Part shown: positions 49,432 to 58,777 of the stretch, piece by piece
How positions within the stretch are numbered: position 1 is the first letter of the stretch
How the letters are laid out: each line of letters begins with the position of its first letter
Source: Candidatus Omnitrophota bacterium
GTDB lineage: Bacteria > Omnitrophota > Gorgyraeia > JAHJTE01
Assembly (NCBI GenBank): GCA_018830005.1
Contig: JAHJTE010000002.1
Location: 73,517-137,516 of the forward strand
DNA: 64,000 nt
Reading direction: 5' to 3'
The notes under the pieces: model-generated
Told to the model about the DNA's origin: nothing
Databases searched by the model: none
What the model saw: only the letters and a program-made list of their open reading frames with translations
Made by a program: the position numbers and the translations under genes

Positions 49432-49476
49432 TTTTTGTATTCTACAAAAAGATTTAAATTACAATTAACATAATTC

Positions 49477-49977
49477 TTAGACTAGTTTATAAACTCTATC
49501 CTGTATGCGAACCCGCTTTGAAACCTTCAGGCCCACCTCATCTCCTTTTACTGCTGTCTGTATGGAGACATGGTTTATTTGGATAGATTTAACGCGCTGT
49601 TTGAGATTTGTAGTAGAGCCGATAATCCTAATAGTATCTCCAACCTTTAAATTTCCACTGGTTACAGTAAGAACACAAACTGATATCTGCGGAAAAAAGT
49701 GAGTAATAACTCCAATCAGCTCTTCTCTAGCTGTCTGGATATATGTTTGCTTCTTAGTTACCTTAACCCTTACTATTTTCTTTTTTCTTGGTTTCTTTGG
49801 CCTGGACTTGCGAGAGACTAATTTAGATTTTAACTTTTTTCTTTTCTTGAGAGGGGATTTTTTCTTTAATCTAACTTTTTTTCTAGCTGTTTTCCTTTTG
49901 GTTTTAATTTTCTTCACGGTAACCATTGTTTTTGGTTCCATGCTTTGCTTTATTCTTTTGATAAGGCCGAAAATCAT
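49477..49977 (-). CDS. Lys/Arg-rich protein with C-terminal translation-factor-type beta-barrel
   Basis: IGVITHFF..ISV, LKVGDTIRI.G..T...Q.VKSIQI, GDEVGLKV; start uncertain. Confidence 0.65.
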   Translation of the reverse strand: MIFGLIKRIKQSMEPKTMVTVKKIKTKRKTARKKVRLKKKSPLKKRKKLKSKLVSRKSRPKKPRKKKIVRVKVTKKQTYIQTAREELIGVITHFFPQISVCVLTVTSGNLKVGDTIRIIGSTTNLKQRVKSIQINHVSIQTAVKGDEVGLKVSKRVRIQDRVYKLV

Positions 49978-49985
49978 TTTTCTTC

Positions 49986-50483
49986 CTATTTGAACCTCTC
50001 CCAATGGACTAGATGATCTAAAGATTTTTTGGGTGCAATTTCGTTCTTCTCTTTCGAATATCCCAAGGCGATCATACTCACTAACTTATATTTATAAGGC
50101 ACTTTTAGGATATCCAGGACATTTACACAATAGTCTTTCTTATCTCCTGCTACCCAACAGGCTGCGAGCCCAAGATCAACAGCCGCAAGCAGTAAATTCT
50201 GCGTTGCAGCAGAGCCATCCTCAAGATAATACTTAGTATCCTCAGATACTATCGCAATGCAAACCGGAGCATCTTTGATAAAATTACCATTGGGAGCTAG
50301 ATCAGAGATTTTCTTTTTGGTCTGTTTATCTGTTATCACAATAAATTGCCAGGCCTGAATATTCCTTGCAGTAGGCGCAAAACGGGCACAATCCAGCAAT
50401 TCTTTAATTATATCCTTAGAAACAGCTCTTGATTCAAATGTCCTTATACTTCTTCTCTTTTTGATCGTCTGAATGGTTTCCAT
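49986..50483 (-). CDS. Nitroreductase family protein
   Basis: RRSIRTF, APTARNIQAW, NLLLAA..LGL..CW. Confidence 0.88.
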   Translation of the reverse strand: METIQTIKKRRSIRTFESRAVSKDIIKELLDCARFAPTARNIQAWQFIVITDKQTKKKISDLAPNGNFIKDAPVCIAIVSEDTKYYLEDGSAATQNLLLAAVDLGLAACWVAGDKKDYCVNVLDILKVPYKYKLVSMIALGYSKEKNEIAPKKSLDHLVHWERFK

Positions 50484-50499
50484 GGTTCTTATGAGGAGG

Positions 50500-51570
50500 C
50501 TATCTTAAATCTAACAACGAATCAATTTCGCCAAAATGATTCTTTTCACTTACTGGGTTATTGGGATCTTCGCACCATTTCCCATCAACAACAAAGCGAT
50601 AGCGATAGCGGCCGGGTTTCAGGTTTAGGTGTTTTTTCCAAATGCCGTTTTCTTCTTTAGTAAACATTGACTTCTTATTTGGCGACCATTGATTAAAATC
50701 ACCTGCTAAATAAACCTCCTTTGCCTCAGGTGCATGAAGTCTGAACTCTGCCTTAATAAAGCGCTCTATTTCCTTCTTAATTACCTCTTTAACATCATCA
50801 AGACGTACATCACTAGCTTCGGCTGCGCTTATGATTTCCCGCGCCAGAGAAAAGTAATCTTTGCTGCCTCGGCAGTATTTATTGAAATCAAAAACAGCAA
50901 CACCGCTATTTGCTGCTTCTTTCAGCTTAACATTGACATGGATAATGCTGTTGAATATCTTTTCTTTAAATTTCTCGCTTATGTCTGCAAGCATATTATG
51001 CGAATATTGTAATCGAGAATCAAACATCGTAACCAAGACCTTGAAGTCTACGGTGTGTTTTAGACGCTGACGAATCAACTCAGCAATACATAGAAGCCGA
51101 TCTAAGCCTTCAAATGAAAAACGACTCATCTCTACAGGAATAATAAGCTCATCAGAAGAACAAATCGCATTAACAGTTAATATACCAAGATTAGGAGGAC
51201 AATCCATAATACAGTAGTCATAATCATCTATTTCTGAAAGTGCTGCCTTAAGCCGGCCCTCGCGGCCTATTTCAGTTGACATCTCCTGCTCAAGTGTACT
51301 CATAAGCAGACTAGAAGGTGCGATAGAAAAATTATTCTTAACTTTTAAAACAACCTCTTTTATCTTCAATTTTGGCTTGGAAAAATTACTTAAACAATCA
51401 TACATACTCTTCTCGCTCTCTATACCTAAGCCTATGCTGGCATGCGCTTGAGGGTCTAAATCAATCAACAGGGTCTTTTTGTTGTTCATAGAAAGCGCTG
51501 CAGCTAAATTAATAGCTGTTGTTGTCTTGCCGCAGCCGCCTTTTTGATTTGTAATGGAAATTATTTTCAT
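50500..51570 (-). CDS. ParA/Soj ATPase fused to a CBM48/AMPK-beta-like glycogen-binding domain
   Basis: NQKGGCGKTT, DLDPQ, DCPP; C-terminal AKEVYLAGDFNQW...G.W...LKPGRYRYRFVVDGKW..DP. Confidence 0.88.
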   Translation of the reverse strand: MKIISITNQKGGCGKTTTAINLAAALSMNNKKTLLIDLDPQAHASIGLGIESEKSMYDCLSNFSKPKLKIKEVVLKVKNNFSIAPSSLLMSTLEQEMSTEIGREGRLKAALSEIDDYDYCIMDCPPNLGILTVNAICSSDELIIPVEMSRFSFEGLDRLLCIAELIRQRLKHTVDFKVLVTMFDSRLQYSHNMLADISEKFKEKIFNSIIHVNVKLKEAANSGVAVFDFNKYCRGSKDYFSLAREIISAAEASDVRLDDVKEVIKKEIERFIKAEFRLHAPEAKEVYLAGDFNQWSPNKKSMFTKEENGIWKKHLNLKPGRYRYRFVVDGKWCEDPNNPVSEKNHFGEIDSLLDLR

Positions 51571-52160
51571 TCTTTTTTAGTAAATTTGATTTTATCTATA
51601 AATATACGCCCTTGTTCTTTTTCAATATTCCAGCCCTCGACAATAAAACTAATACCGCTAAGGTCAGAGAAGCTCTTCAGCTCAGAGATCTCAAGCGGAA
51701 TCTTGAATGTCTTCCAGCGTGATTCTATGCCTCTAATATAAATTGATTTCTTCTCGCGGCGCGAACTCTCAAGGCCCACCTTAATCAAGCTGCTAAATCC
51801 TTCTTGCGGATCACCCCGCAGGGCAAACTCCAATACATCATAATCAACCAAATTTATCTTAGGTAAATCAAGACTAATGCTCTTTATCTTTTCATGAGTC
51901 TGGGAAAAGTTATAATTAAGCTTTAGAGGCAGGATATTAGCCAAAACCGAAAGGCTCTTTTTTTGCGCCTTAACAGTGTTGGCTTTCTTAAAAATATTCC
52001 CTGAAAATAACAAGACGCCAATAAGGACAATAAGACTTACAATGCCGATACCGATAAAGAGATTGGGTCTATTTTTAGAATTAATGTTGCCTCTTGAAAC
52101 CTCTTCCCTTCTTGTAAAATAGGTGTCAGCAATTCGATTGTAAAGGTGTGTATATTTCAT
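51567..52160 (-). CDS. Membrane-anchored putative carbohydrate-binding (galactose-binding-like) protein
   Basis: Single TM; L.F..RG, W.TFKIPL, G.IFIDKIKF pattern typical of CBM11/CIA30-like folds. Confidence 0.55.
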   Translation of the reverse strand: MKYTHLYNRIADTYFTRREEVSRGNINSKNRPNLFIGIGIVSLIVLIGVLLFSGNIFKKANTVKAQKKSLSVLANILPLKLNYNFSQTHEKIKSISLDLPKINLVDYDVLEFALRGDPQEGFSSLIKVGLESSRREKKSIYIRGIESRWKTFKIPLEISELKSFSDLSGISFIVEGWNIEKEQGRIFIDKIKFTKKE

Positions 52161-52245
52161 AAGTTAAAGCTATATTCTAAAACCTTCCAGGCCTATATAC
52201 TCATTTATTATATAACAAAATTTTACTAAAATAAATATTTTATGC

Positions 52246-52281
52246 AAAAAAAATCCCCGGTTCAATTAAGAACCGGGGATT
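52246..52281 (-). terminator. Intrinsic terminator after the porin gene
   Basis: AATCCCCGGTTC-N6-GAACCGGGGATT followed by a T-run. Confidence 0.85.
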
Positions 52282-52304
52282 CAAAGCTACCTACTAAACA
52301 ACTC

Positions 52305-53672
52305 TTAGAAGGAAACCTTCATTGAACCAACAGCCTGACTTGCTGTAGAGTTAGTTGAACTATCAAATGCATTACCAGGTATAAATGCACCTAGCTTCAG
52401 ACCGAACTGTACATCTTCCGTATAGTCATAAAGCAAACTTAGATCGATTTCCTGACCTACAAAAGATTTATCAGTCAAGTCTACGCTCTGTGGCAATGTT
52501 TCATGATTAGTTGCAGTTAAAGTACTGTCAAAACCATATGCCTCAGCCCACCAGTATAAATAGCCGCCAAGTTCTACATTGATGTCATCAGCAAGTTCTG
52601 CAGTGGCAACTAAACCAGCGAGGTGAATATTGGTCTGATCCAATAGAGCACAAGCAATATCACCAAATGTCTGATTTTCATACAATGGATCCCATGCATG
52701 GTAACTAGGATGTTCTGCGTTTACTGGATCCCAACCATCATCATTACCGCTAAAGTATGCATAAAGAGCAGTCAGAGTTGGAGAATATCTTACTTCTGGC
52801 CAAGCATAAGTAGCAGCTGTTTCAATAGCTACTGCTTCTCTATCAACTGTCCTATCATCCCTATCAACAGCAACATCATTTATGTAGGTACCAAGCTGAT
52901 AAGCGCCTTCTAAGCTGTAAGTCAAATTTTCAATCGGATGAGTTACAACTCTTGCACCAAAGACCTGCGTTGCTTCACCATTTCTAATCTCAGCAGAAAC
53001 CTCTGTATCTTTAATTCGATCATAGAAATAAGCTTCTAAGATTGAACTCCAATCATCACCTAAATCATAATTAGCTGAAATACCATATAGAGTCTGATCA
53101 TCAGCAGCGCCAGCAGTAGTTTCAGCAATCTTTGCATAGAGTAAATCAACAATTAAAGGCGAATAATCTAGGGTTGCTCTCATAGCATCAAATGCTTTTT
53201 GCTTGCTTAAATCTGGCTGGGTAGTTGCAACTGTAGTTGTTACTGCACTATTGTTATCATCAGGATCACCAACAATCATTTCAGAACCCATATGAAGTTC
53301 CTGACGACCTAGCGTTAACGTTAAAGGAGAATATAAAAACTCCTTTAAAGTTACGTAAGCCAAATCAAGCTGGATATCTTCTGCATCTGTTGCGTCAGTA
53401 TCCCATTCTCTTTCGTTAAGGAGCCTGGCTGTAACTGAAACATTGTCAGTTAAATCAGCATTAATCCCTAACCTCAAAAATCCCAGAATAGCACGTTCTT
53501 GGTTATCAGTAGCGGTTTGAGATTGAGTAACCAAATCCCAGCAATCACGAGCCAAAGGTACAATCTCTAGATCACCGCTTACTTTTACGTTCTGGACAGC
53601 AGCAAATGCCGGAGTAGCAATAAATGCTACAACTGCGGCTGCTAGCAGAACTAGTGTTAAGCGTTTACTCAT
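52305..53672 (-). CDS. Outer-membrane beta-barrel (alginate export family-like porin)
   Basis: Signal peptide AFA, LTLGRQEL..G, GQEIDL, C-terminal F; start at MSKR. Confidence 0.8.
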   Translation of the reverse strand: MSKRLTLVLLAAAVVAFIATPAFAAVQNVKVSGDLEIVPLARDCWDLVTQSQTATDNQERAILGFLRLGINADLTDNVSVTARLLNEREWDTDATDAEDIQLDLAYVTLKEFLYSPLTLTLGRQELHMGSEMIVGDPDDNNSAVTTTVATTQPDLSKQKAFDAMRATLDYSPLIVDLLYAKIAETTAGAADDQTLYGISANYDLGDDWSSILEAYFYDRIKDTEVSAEIRNGEATQVFGARVVTHPIENLTYSLEGAYQLGTYINDVAVDRDDRTVDREAVAIETAATYAWPEVRYSPTLTALYAYFSGNDDGWDPVNAEHPSYHAWDPLYENQTFGDIACALLDQTNIHLAGLVATAELADDINVELGGYLYWWAEAYGFDSTLTATNHETLPQSVDLTDKSFVGQEIDLSLLYDYTEDVQFGLKLGAFIPGNAFDSSTNSTASQAVGSMKVSF

Positions 53673-53869
53673 TTGTTTTTCCTCCTTAAGGAACATTTAA
53701 TTTTATATAATGAACAGCTAGATCTTTTTCTAGCAACGTTGTTTCACTTATATGTATATCATCAGACTTTTTGATAACCTTTGGGCGTCTTTTTCCTCAC
53801 GCTCCTTTCTGCCCAGATTTAAAGCCATCACTGATGGTATAACCTATATAACTAGTTATATCTAAAGTA

Positions 53870-54523
53870 TCAAATAACCTTATATTTGTCAAGGATTTTT
53901 TGATAATTTTCATAGATTTTTTCAACGTCTTTTTGGCTAAGTCCCGCACCATAAGCAACGTCCCTAAGTTGTTCTGGTGCAATTATATCGTACGGTATGT
54001 GCGCGTCGTTATTCAGGCTAAGTTCCGCACCAAATTGAAGAGCTTTTTTTGCAACATAGCCATTGGTAAGACTATGGCCCTTGCGAGATGTTAATTCAAG
54101 AGAAACGCCTTTTTTGGCTGCTAATTTAAGCTCTGAATCAGAGATAAACCCGGGATGAGCCAATATATCAATATCAGCTTCTAAGGCTGCTTTATTGGTT
54201 CCTTTTCTGACTGGTTCAACAATGGTCTGGCCATGTGCGACAATAATCTTGATTCCTCTTTTTCGAGCCAGGCTTGCAAGGGGCGCAAAATCCTCTAAGT
54301 TTAAATGAGTCAACTCTATACCGGGCAGAATTTTTAATTTTGCATTTTTTGGCCAGCCTTTACAAAATTTTAGAATTGCATCAATTACAAAGTCAATATT
54401 TGAAATATCTACGTGGTCTGTTATGGCAATTGCTTTATAGCCAGCTACTTCATAACGTCTAGCAAGTTCTGCTGGTAGGAGCTCGCCGTCGCTTAATAAA
54501 GAATGGCAGTGAAAATCATACAT
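53870..54523 (-). CDS. PHP-family phosphoesterase (histidinol-phosphatase-like)
   Basis: DFHCHS..SDG, ITDH, AHPG, DAH. Confidence 0.85.
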   Translation of the reverse strand: MYDFHCHSLLSDGELLPAELARRYEVAGYKAIAITDHVDISNIDFVIDAILKFCKGWPKNAKLKILPGIELTHLNLEDFAPLASLARKRGIKIIVAHGQTIVEPVRKGTNKAALEADIDILAHPGFISDSELKLAAKKGVSLELTSRKGHSLTNGYVAKKALQFGAELSLNNDAHIPYDIIAPEQLRDVAYGAGLSQKDVEKIYENYQKILDKYKVI

Positions 54524-54560
54524 AATGTTTATAGCTTCTTCTGGCCCGATTTATAGATTA

Positions 54561-54636
54561 TGCGCCTGGGTGGATTCGAACCACCCCAAGACGGGCCTTA
54601 GGAGAGCCCCGCTCTATCCAAATGAGCTACAGGCGC
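54561..54636 (-). tRNA. tRNA-Arg(CCT)
   Basis: Cloverleaf: GCGCCTG acceptor, GCTC D-stem, GGGCT-CTCCTAA-GGCCC anticodon arm, GGTGG-TTCGAAT-CCACC T arm; CCA not encoded. Confidence 0.92.
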
Positions 54637-54641
54637 TTTTT

Positions 54642-55163
54642 TTAATATTTAATCAGGGAAAAGACTGGTAAATCACCTAACTTTTCTCTTCCCTTTAACT
54701 CAGTAAGCTCGATTAAAAAACAGATGTCGATAATATTTCCTGCAAGTTTTGCTACTAAATCGCAAACTGCCTTAACTGTTCCACCTGTGGCAAGAAGATC
54801 ATCTATGATCAATATGTTAGCTCCGGGCTTAAATGCATCCTCATGGATAGTAAGCGTATCCTGACCATACTCAAGATCATAAGTAACCTCGAGCGTTTTG
54901 TAAGGCAACTTCCCTTTTTTTCTTACTGGGACAAAGCTGGTTCCTAGCTTGTAAGCAAGGGCGCCTCCAAAAATAAATCCGCGTGCCTCAACAGCAACTA
55001 TAGCATCGATTTTTTTATGCTTATAGTTTTGCGCCATTAAATCAATACTTGCAGAAAAGGCATCCTTATCAGCTAAAAGTGTCGTTATATCCTTGAAGAG
55101 TATTCCTGCCTTTGGAAAATCAGGGATGGAACGGATATATTTAGCGAGATCCTGTTTCTTCAT
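54642..55163 (-). CDS. apt: Adenine phosphoribosyltransferase
   Basis: IPDFPKAGILFKDIT, EARGF, RKKGKLP, LEYG, IDDLLATGGT. Confidence 0.95.
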   Translation of the reverse strand: MKKQDLAKYIRSIPDFPKAGILFKDITTLLADKDAFSASIDLMAQNYKHKKIDAIVAVEARGFIFGGALAYKLGTSFVPVRKKGKLPYKTLEVTYDLEYGQDTLTIHEDAFKPGANILIIDDLLATGGTVKAVCDLVAKLAGNIIDICFLIELTELKGREKLGDLPVFSLIKY

Positions 55164-55968
55164 TCGTCTTCTCCTCTTCTGATGTAAACCGGCGAATCTT
55201 CTTAATCGCCTGTGCCTCAATCTGCCTGACCCTTTCACGCGAGACCTTTAATTTCCTGGCAATCATCGCCAAGGTATGGATTTTTCCGTCTCTGAGACCA
55301 AAACGTAAATCCAAAACTTCTTTTTCTCGACGATTTGTTATGTGGAGTAAATTTTCAATATCATCGTGGTCCAATGCCTGTTTTAGGCCTTGTTTTGAAG
55401 TCGAGGTTGTATCCTCTATCAAATCCATAACCTGACTCTCATCTGCCTCTCCAATCGGAGCCTCCAGAGAGGACATCTTGGTTATCCAGTTTTCTATATC
55501 ATTTACCTTATCCACGTGTAATTTCATTTTTTTTGCTACTTCTTCCTGTGAAGGATTACGTTTTAATTTCTGGCGCAGGGCCTCTTGCGTCCTTTTCCAT
55601 TTGGCAATAAGTTCATTCATATAAACAGGAATTCTGATAGTACGTGATTGCTCAAAGATTGCGCGAGTAATTGCCTGCTTAATCCACCAGGCAGCATAAG
55701 TGGAAAACCTAAAGCCCTTCCTATAATCAAATTTATCAACCGCCCGCATAAGCCCAACATTGCCTTCTTCAATCAAATCAATTAAAGGCAGTCCAAAATG
55801 AGCATAGCGCTTTGCCATGCTAATCACAAGGCGTAAATTTGAACGAATGAGTTTACGCCTCGCCTCTTTATTGCCACGCAAAACTTCTTTAGCTACTGCT
55901 GCTTCCTGCTTGGCTGTCAGAAGCGGGATATCGTGAATATCTCTTAAATAAGTTTTAATGGCTTCCAT
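55141..55968 (-). CDS. Sigma-70 family factor (RpoD/RpoS-like, lacking region 1.1)
   Basis: NLRLVIS.AK.Y, DLIEEGN.GL, KGFRFSTYAAWWIKQAI, SRERVRQIE. Confidence 0.9.
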   Translation of the reverse strand: MEAIKTYLRDIHDIPLLTAKQEAAVAKEVLRGNKEARRKLIRSNLRLVISMAKRYAHFGLPLIDLIEEGNVGLMRAVDKFDYRKGFRFSTYAAWWIKQAITRAIFEQSRTIRIPVYMNELIAKWKRTQEALRQKLKRNPSQEEVAKKMKLHVDKVNDIENWITKMSSLEAPIGEADESQVMDLIEDTTSTSKQGLKQALDHDDIENLLHITNRREKEVLDLRFGLRDGKIHTLAMIARKLKVSRERVRQIEAQAIKKIRRFTSEEEKTNEETGSR

Positions 55969-55988
55969 GATCTAATAATTAATAAAGG

Positions 55989-58745
55989 TTATTTCTTTGC
56001 CTTTCTAGCTTTGCCTTGAGCATTATTAAGCGCTGCTTGGGCAGCGGCAAGTCTTGCAATCGGAACCCTAAAAGGAGAGCAACTAACATAATCCATGCCC
56101 ACCTTATGACAAAACTCTATAGAAGCAGGATCGCCTCCGTGCTCGCCACAGATACCTACCTTGAGCCCAGGCCTTGTGCTTCTACCCCGCTCTATTCCCA
56201 TTGTTATTAACTCTCCCACGCCAGTTACGTCAACTGTCTTGAATGGATCGTCTTCTAAAATAGATTTCTGTAAATAATCCTGCAGAAATCCTCCGATATC
56301 ATCGCGTGAAAACCCAAAGCTCATCTGAGTAAGATCATTCGTGCCGAATGAAAAGAATTGAGCAACCTTGGCAATTTCATCAGCAATGAGTGCTGCGCGC
56401 GGAATCTCAATCATCGTACCCGCAAGAAACGACAATTTTCTTAAATTATATTTTTTTAAAACCTGTTTATAAACCTCATTTATCAAATTAAACTGATTAT
56501 CTAGTTCGCGAGAAGCGCAAACTACAGGAATCATTATCTCTGGTTTAACCTTAACGCCTTCCTGCGTCAACTCTGCAGCTGCCTCAAGGATAGCACGTAC
56601 CTGCATCTTTGTTACTTCTGGATAAGTAACTCCCAAGCGCACTCCGCGATGACCCATCATCGGATTGCTCTCATGCAAGGCCTCAGCACGTTTCTTTACT
56701 TCAGCAACGCTAATAGATAAACTATTTGCCAAGGCATCTAGCTGCTCCTCTTGTTTAGGAACGAATTCATGCAACGGCGGATCAAGAAGCCTTATAGTAA
56801 CTGGTAGGCCTTCCATTGCGCGCAATGTACCTTTAAAATCATTCTTAACGTGGCCAAAAAGCTCATCAAGCGCTTTCTTCCTTTCAAGGCTTGAATTTGC
56901 CATTATCATCTTGCGCAGCTTAAACAAAGGCTCTGCGCAATTCTTGCCATAGAACATATGTTCGGTTCTAAACAGACCAATACCTTCAGCGCCAAAACTA
57001 CGTGCGCGTTTTGCATCCTCTGGCGTATCAGCATTAGTCCTGATATTAAGCTTGCGTAAAGAATCACAATGTGTGAGAAATGAAAATAACAGCTTATTTT
57101 CCTCACCAGCATCTATCATTCCAAGCTTTCCACCATAGATGTTGCCTTTAGTGCCATTGAGTGTTATCCAGTCTCCTTCTTTAACAACCTCAGAGCCTAC
57201 ATTAATTATCTTTTCCTCAGCATTAATCTCTAAAACAGAGCAGCCAACAATACAACATTTACCCCAGCCCCTAGCAACCAATGCTGCATGGCTTGTCATG
57301 CCACCGCGAGCAGTAAGTACTGCCTTGGCAGCACGCATGCCTTCAACATCTTCCGGACTTGTCTCTTCTCGTACCAAAATCACTTCTTTGCCTTCATTTG
57401 CCCATTTCACAGCATCGCCTGAAGTAAAGACAACTTGACCCACTGCTCCTCCTGGACCAGCAGGAAGGCCTTTAGCAAGAGGTTTTGTAGCCATCTCTTC
57501 TTTGGGGTCAACGATTGGATGTAGTAACTCATCTAGCTGATTAGGAGTAACCCGCATCACTAAAGTCTTTTTATCAATCAGCTTTTCCTTATACATATCC
57601 ATAGCCATACGTAAGGCTGCCGGACCATTTCTTTTGCCAACCCGGCACTGAAGCATAAACAGCCTGCCTTCTTCTATGGTAAATTCAATATCCTGCATAT
57701 CCTTATAATGTTTCTCTAGTCTCCTCTGGATGCTATCAAGTTGTGAATATATCTTAGGCATTACCTGTTGTAGGGTTTTTAAATCTTTGTTGTGTTCGCT
57801 CTGAGAATAGCTATTGATAGGTGCCGGAGTTCTGATACCAGCAACAACGTCCTCACCCTGGGCATCAATAAGATATTCACCATAAAATTGATTCTCTCCG
57901 TTTCCGGGATTGCGTGTAAATGCTACTCCGGTTGCGCTATTCTTACCCATGTTGCCAAATACCATTGTCTGTACATTAACTGCTGTGCCCCATTCATCAG
58001 GAATATTCTCAATGCGACGATAGGAAATTGCACGCTTGCCATTCCAGGAAGCAAAAACTGCGCCAATACCACCCCAGAGCTGCTTCATCGCATCATCAGG
58101 AAATTCCTTTCCTAAGACTTCTTTTACCTTCAATTTATATTCAGCGCATATCTTCTTTAAATCATCTGCATCCAACTCTGTATCTGATTTAGCGCCCTTT
58201 TGGCCTTTGACTCTTTCCAGTATTGCCTCTAATTGTTTTCTCACACCTAGATTATCGCTTTTAGGCTCAATCCCAGCTGCCTTTTCCATAACTACATCAG
58301 AATACATGGTAATAAGCCTGCGGTACGCATCATAGACAAAACGTTCATTTCCGGTCATATTAACAAGGCCGGGTATTGTCTTTTGCGTCAAGCCGACATT
58401 CAACACAGTGTCCATCATTCCAGGCATTGATTTTCTGGCACCGGAACGAACGCTTACCAAGAGCGGATTACTAGAATCACCGAATTTCTTACCCATAACC
58501 TTCTCCACCTTTGACAAGGCCTTATTTACCTCTTGCATTAACCCAGCTGGGTATTTCTTATTATTTTTATAATAATAGATACAGACATCGGTAGTGATTG
58601 TAAAACCAGCTGGCACTGGTAATCTTAAATCTTTATGGCCTGCCATCTCAGCTAGATTAGCGCCTTTGCCACCTAAGAAATTCTTCATTTTTCCATTTCC
58701 ATCTGCCTTGCCTGCTCCAAAGAAGTAGACATTTTTCTTCGCCAT
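55989..58745 (-). CDS. ppdK: Pyruvate phosphate dikinase
   Basis: GGKGANLAEM, SVRSGA..SMPGMMDT, GGMTSHAA, GTNDLTQ, GICGEHGG. Confidence 0.97.
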   Translation of the reverse strand: MAKKNVYFFGAGKADGNGKMKNFLGGKGANLAEMAGHKDLRLPVPAGFTITTDVCIYYYKNNKKYPAGLMQEVNKALSKVEKVMGKKFGDSSNPLLVSVRSGARKSMPGMMDTVLNVGLTQKTIPGLVNMTGNERFVYDAYRRLITMYSDVVMEKAAGIEPKSDNLGVRKQLEAILERVKGQKGAKSDTELDADDLKKICAEYKLKVKEVLGKEFPDDAMKQLWGGIGAVFASWNGKRAISYRRIENIPDEWGTAVNVQTMVFGNMGKNSATGVAFTRNPGNGENQFYGEYLIDAQGEDVVAGIRTPAPINSYSQSEHNKDLKTLQQVMPKIYSQLDSIQRRLEKHYKDMQDIEFTIEEGRLFMLQCRVGKRNGPAALRMAMDMYKEKLIDKKTLVMRVTPNQLDELLHPIVDPKEEMATKPLAKGLPAGPGGAVGQVVFTSGDAVKWANEGKEVILVREETSPEDVEGMRAAKAVLTARGGMTSHAALVARGWGKCCIVGCSVLEINAEEKIINVGSEVVKEGDWITLNGTKGNIYGGKLGMIDAGEENKLLFSFLTHCDSLRKLNIRTNADTPEDAKRARSFGAEGIGLFRTEHMFYGKNCAEPLFKLRKMIMANSSLERKKALDELFGHVKNDFKGTLRAMEGLPVTIRLLDPPLHEFVPKQEEQLDALANSLSISVAEVKKRAEALHESNPMMGHRGVRLGVTYPEVTKMQVRAILEAAAELTQEGVKVKPEIMIPVVCASRELDNQFNLINEVYKQVLKKYNLRKLSFLAGTMIEIPRAALIADEIAKVAQFFSFGTNDLTQMSFGFSRDDIGGFLQDYLQKSILEDDPFKTVDVTGVGELITMGIERGRSTRPGLKVGICGEHGGDPASIEFCHKVGMDYVSCSPFRVPIARLAAAQAALNNAQGKARKAKK

Positions 58746-58777
58746 TACCTAAAACTCCTTTCCTGTTGTATAAAAAA

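Noticed and set aside
53797-53982. 61-aa ORF overlapping the PHP gene end
   Set aside because: Overlaps a real gene in another frame and runs into the porin promoter region; no motif
54561-54636. tRNA as an integration site for an island
   Set aside because: No integrase nearby and no duplicated tRNA 3' end noticed; flanks are housekeeping genes
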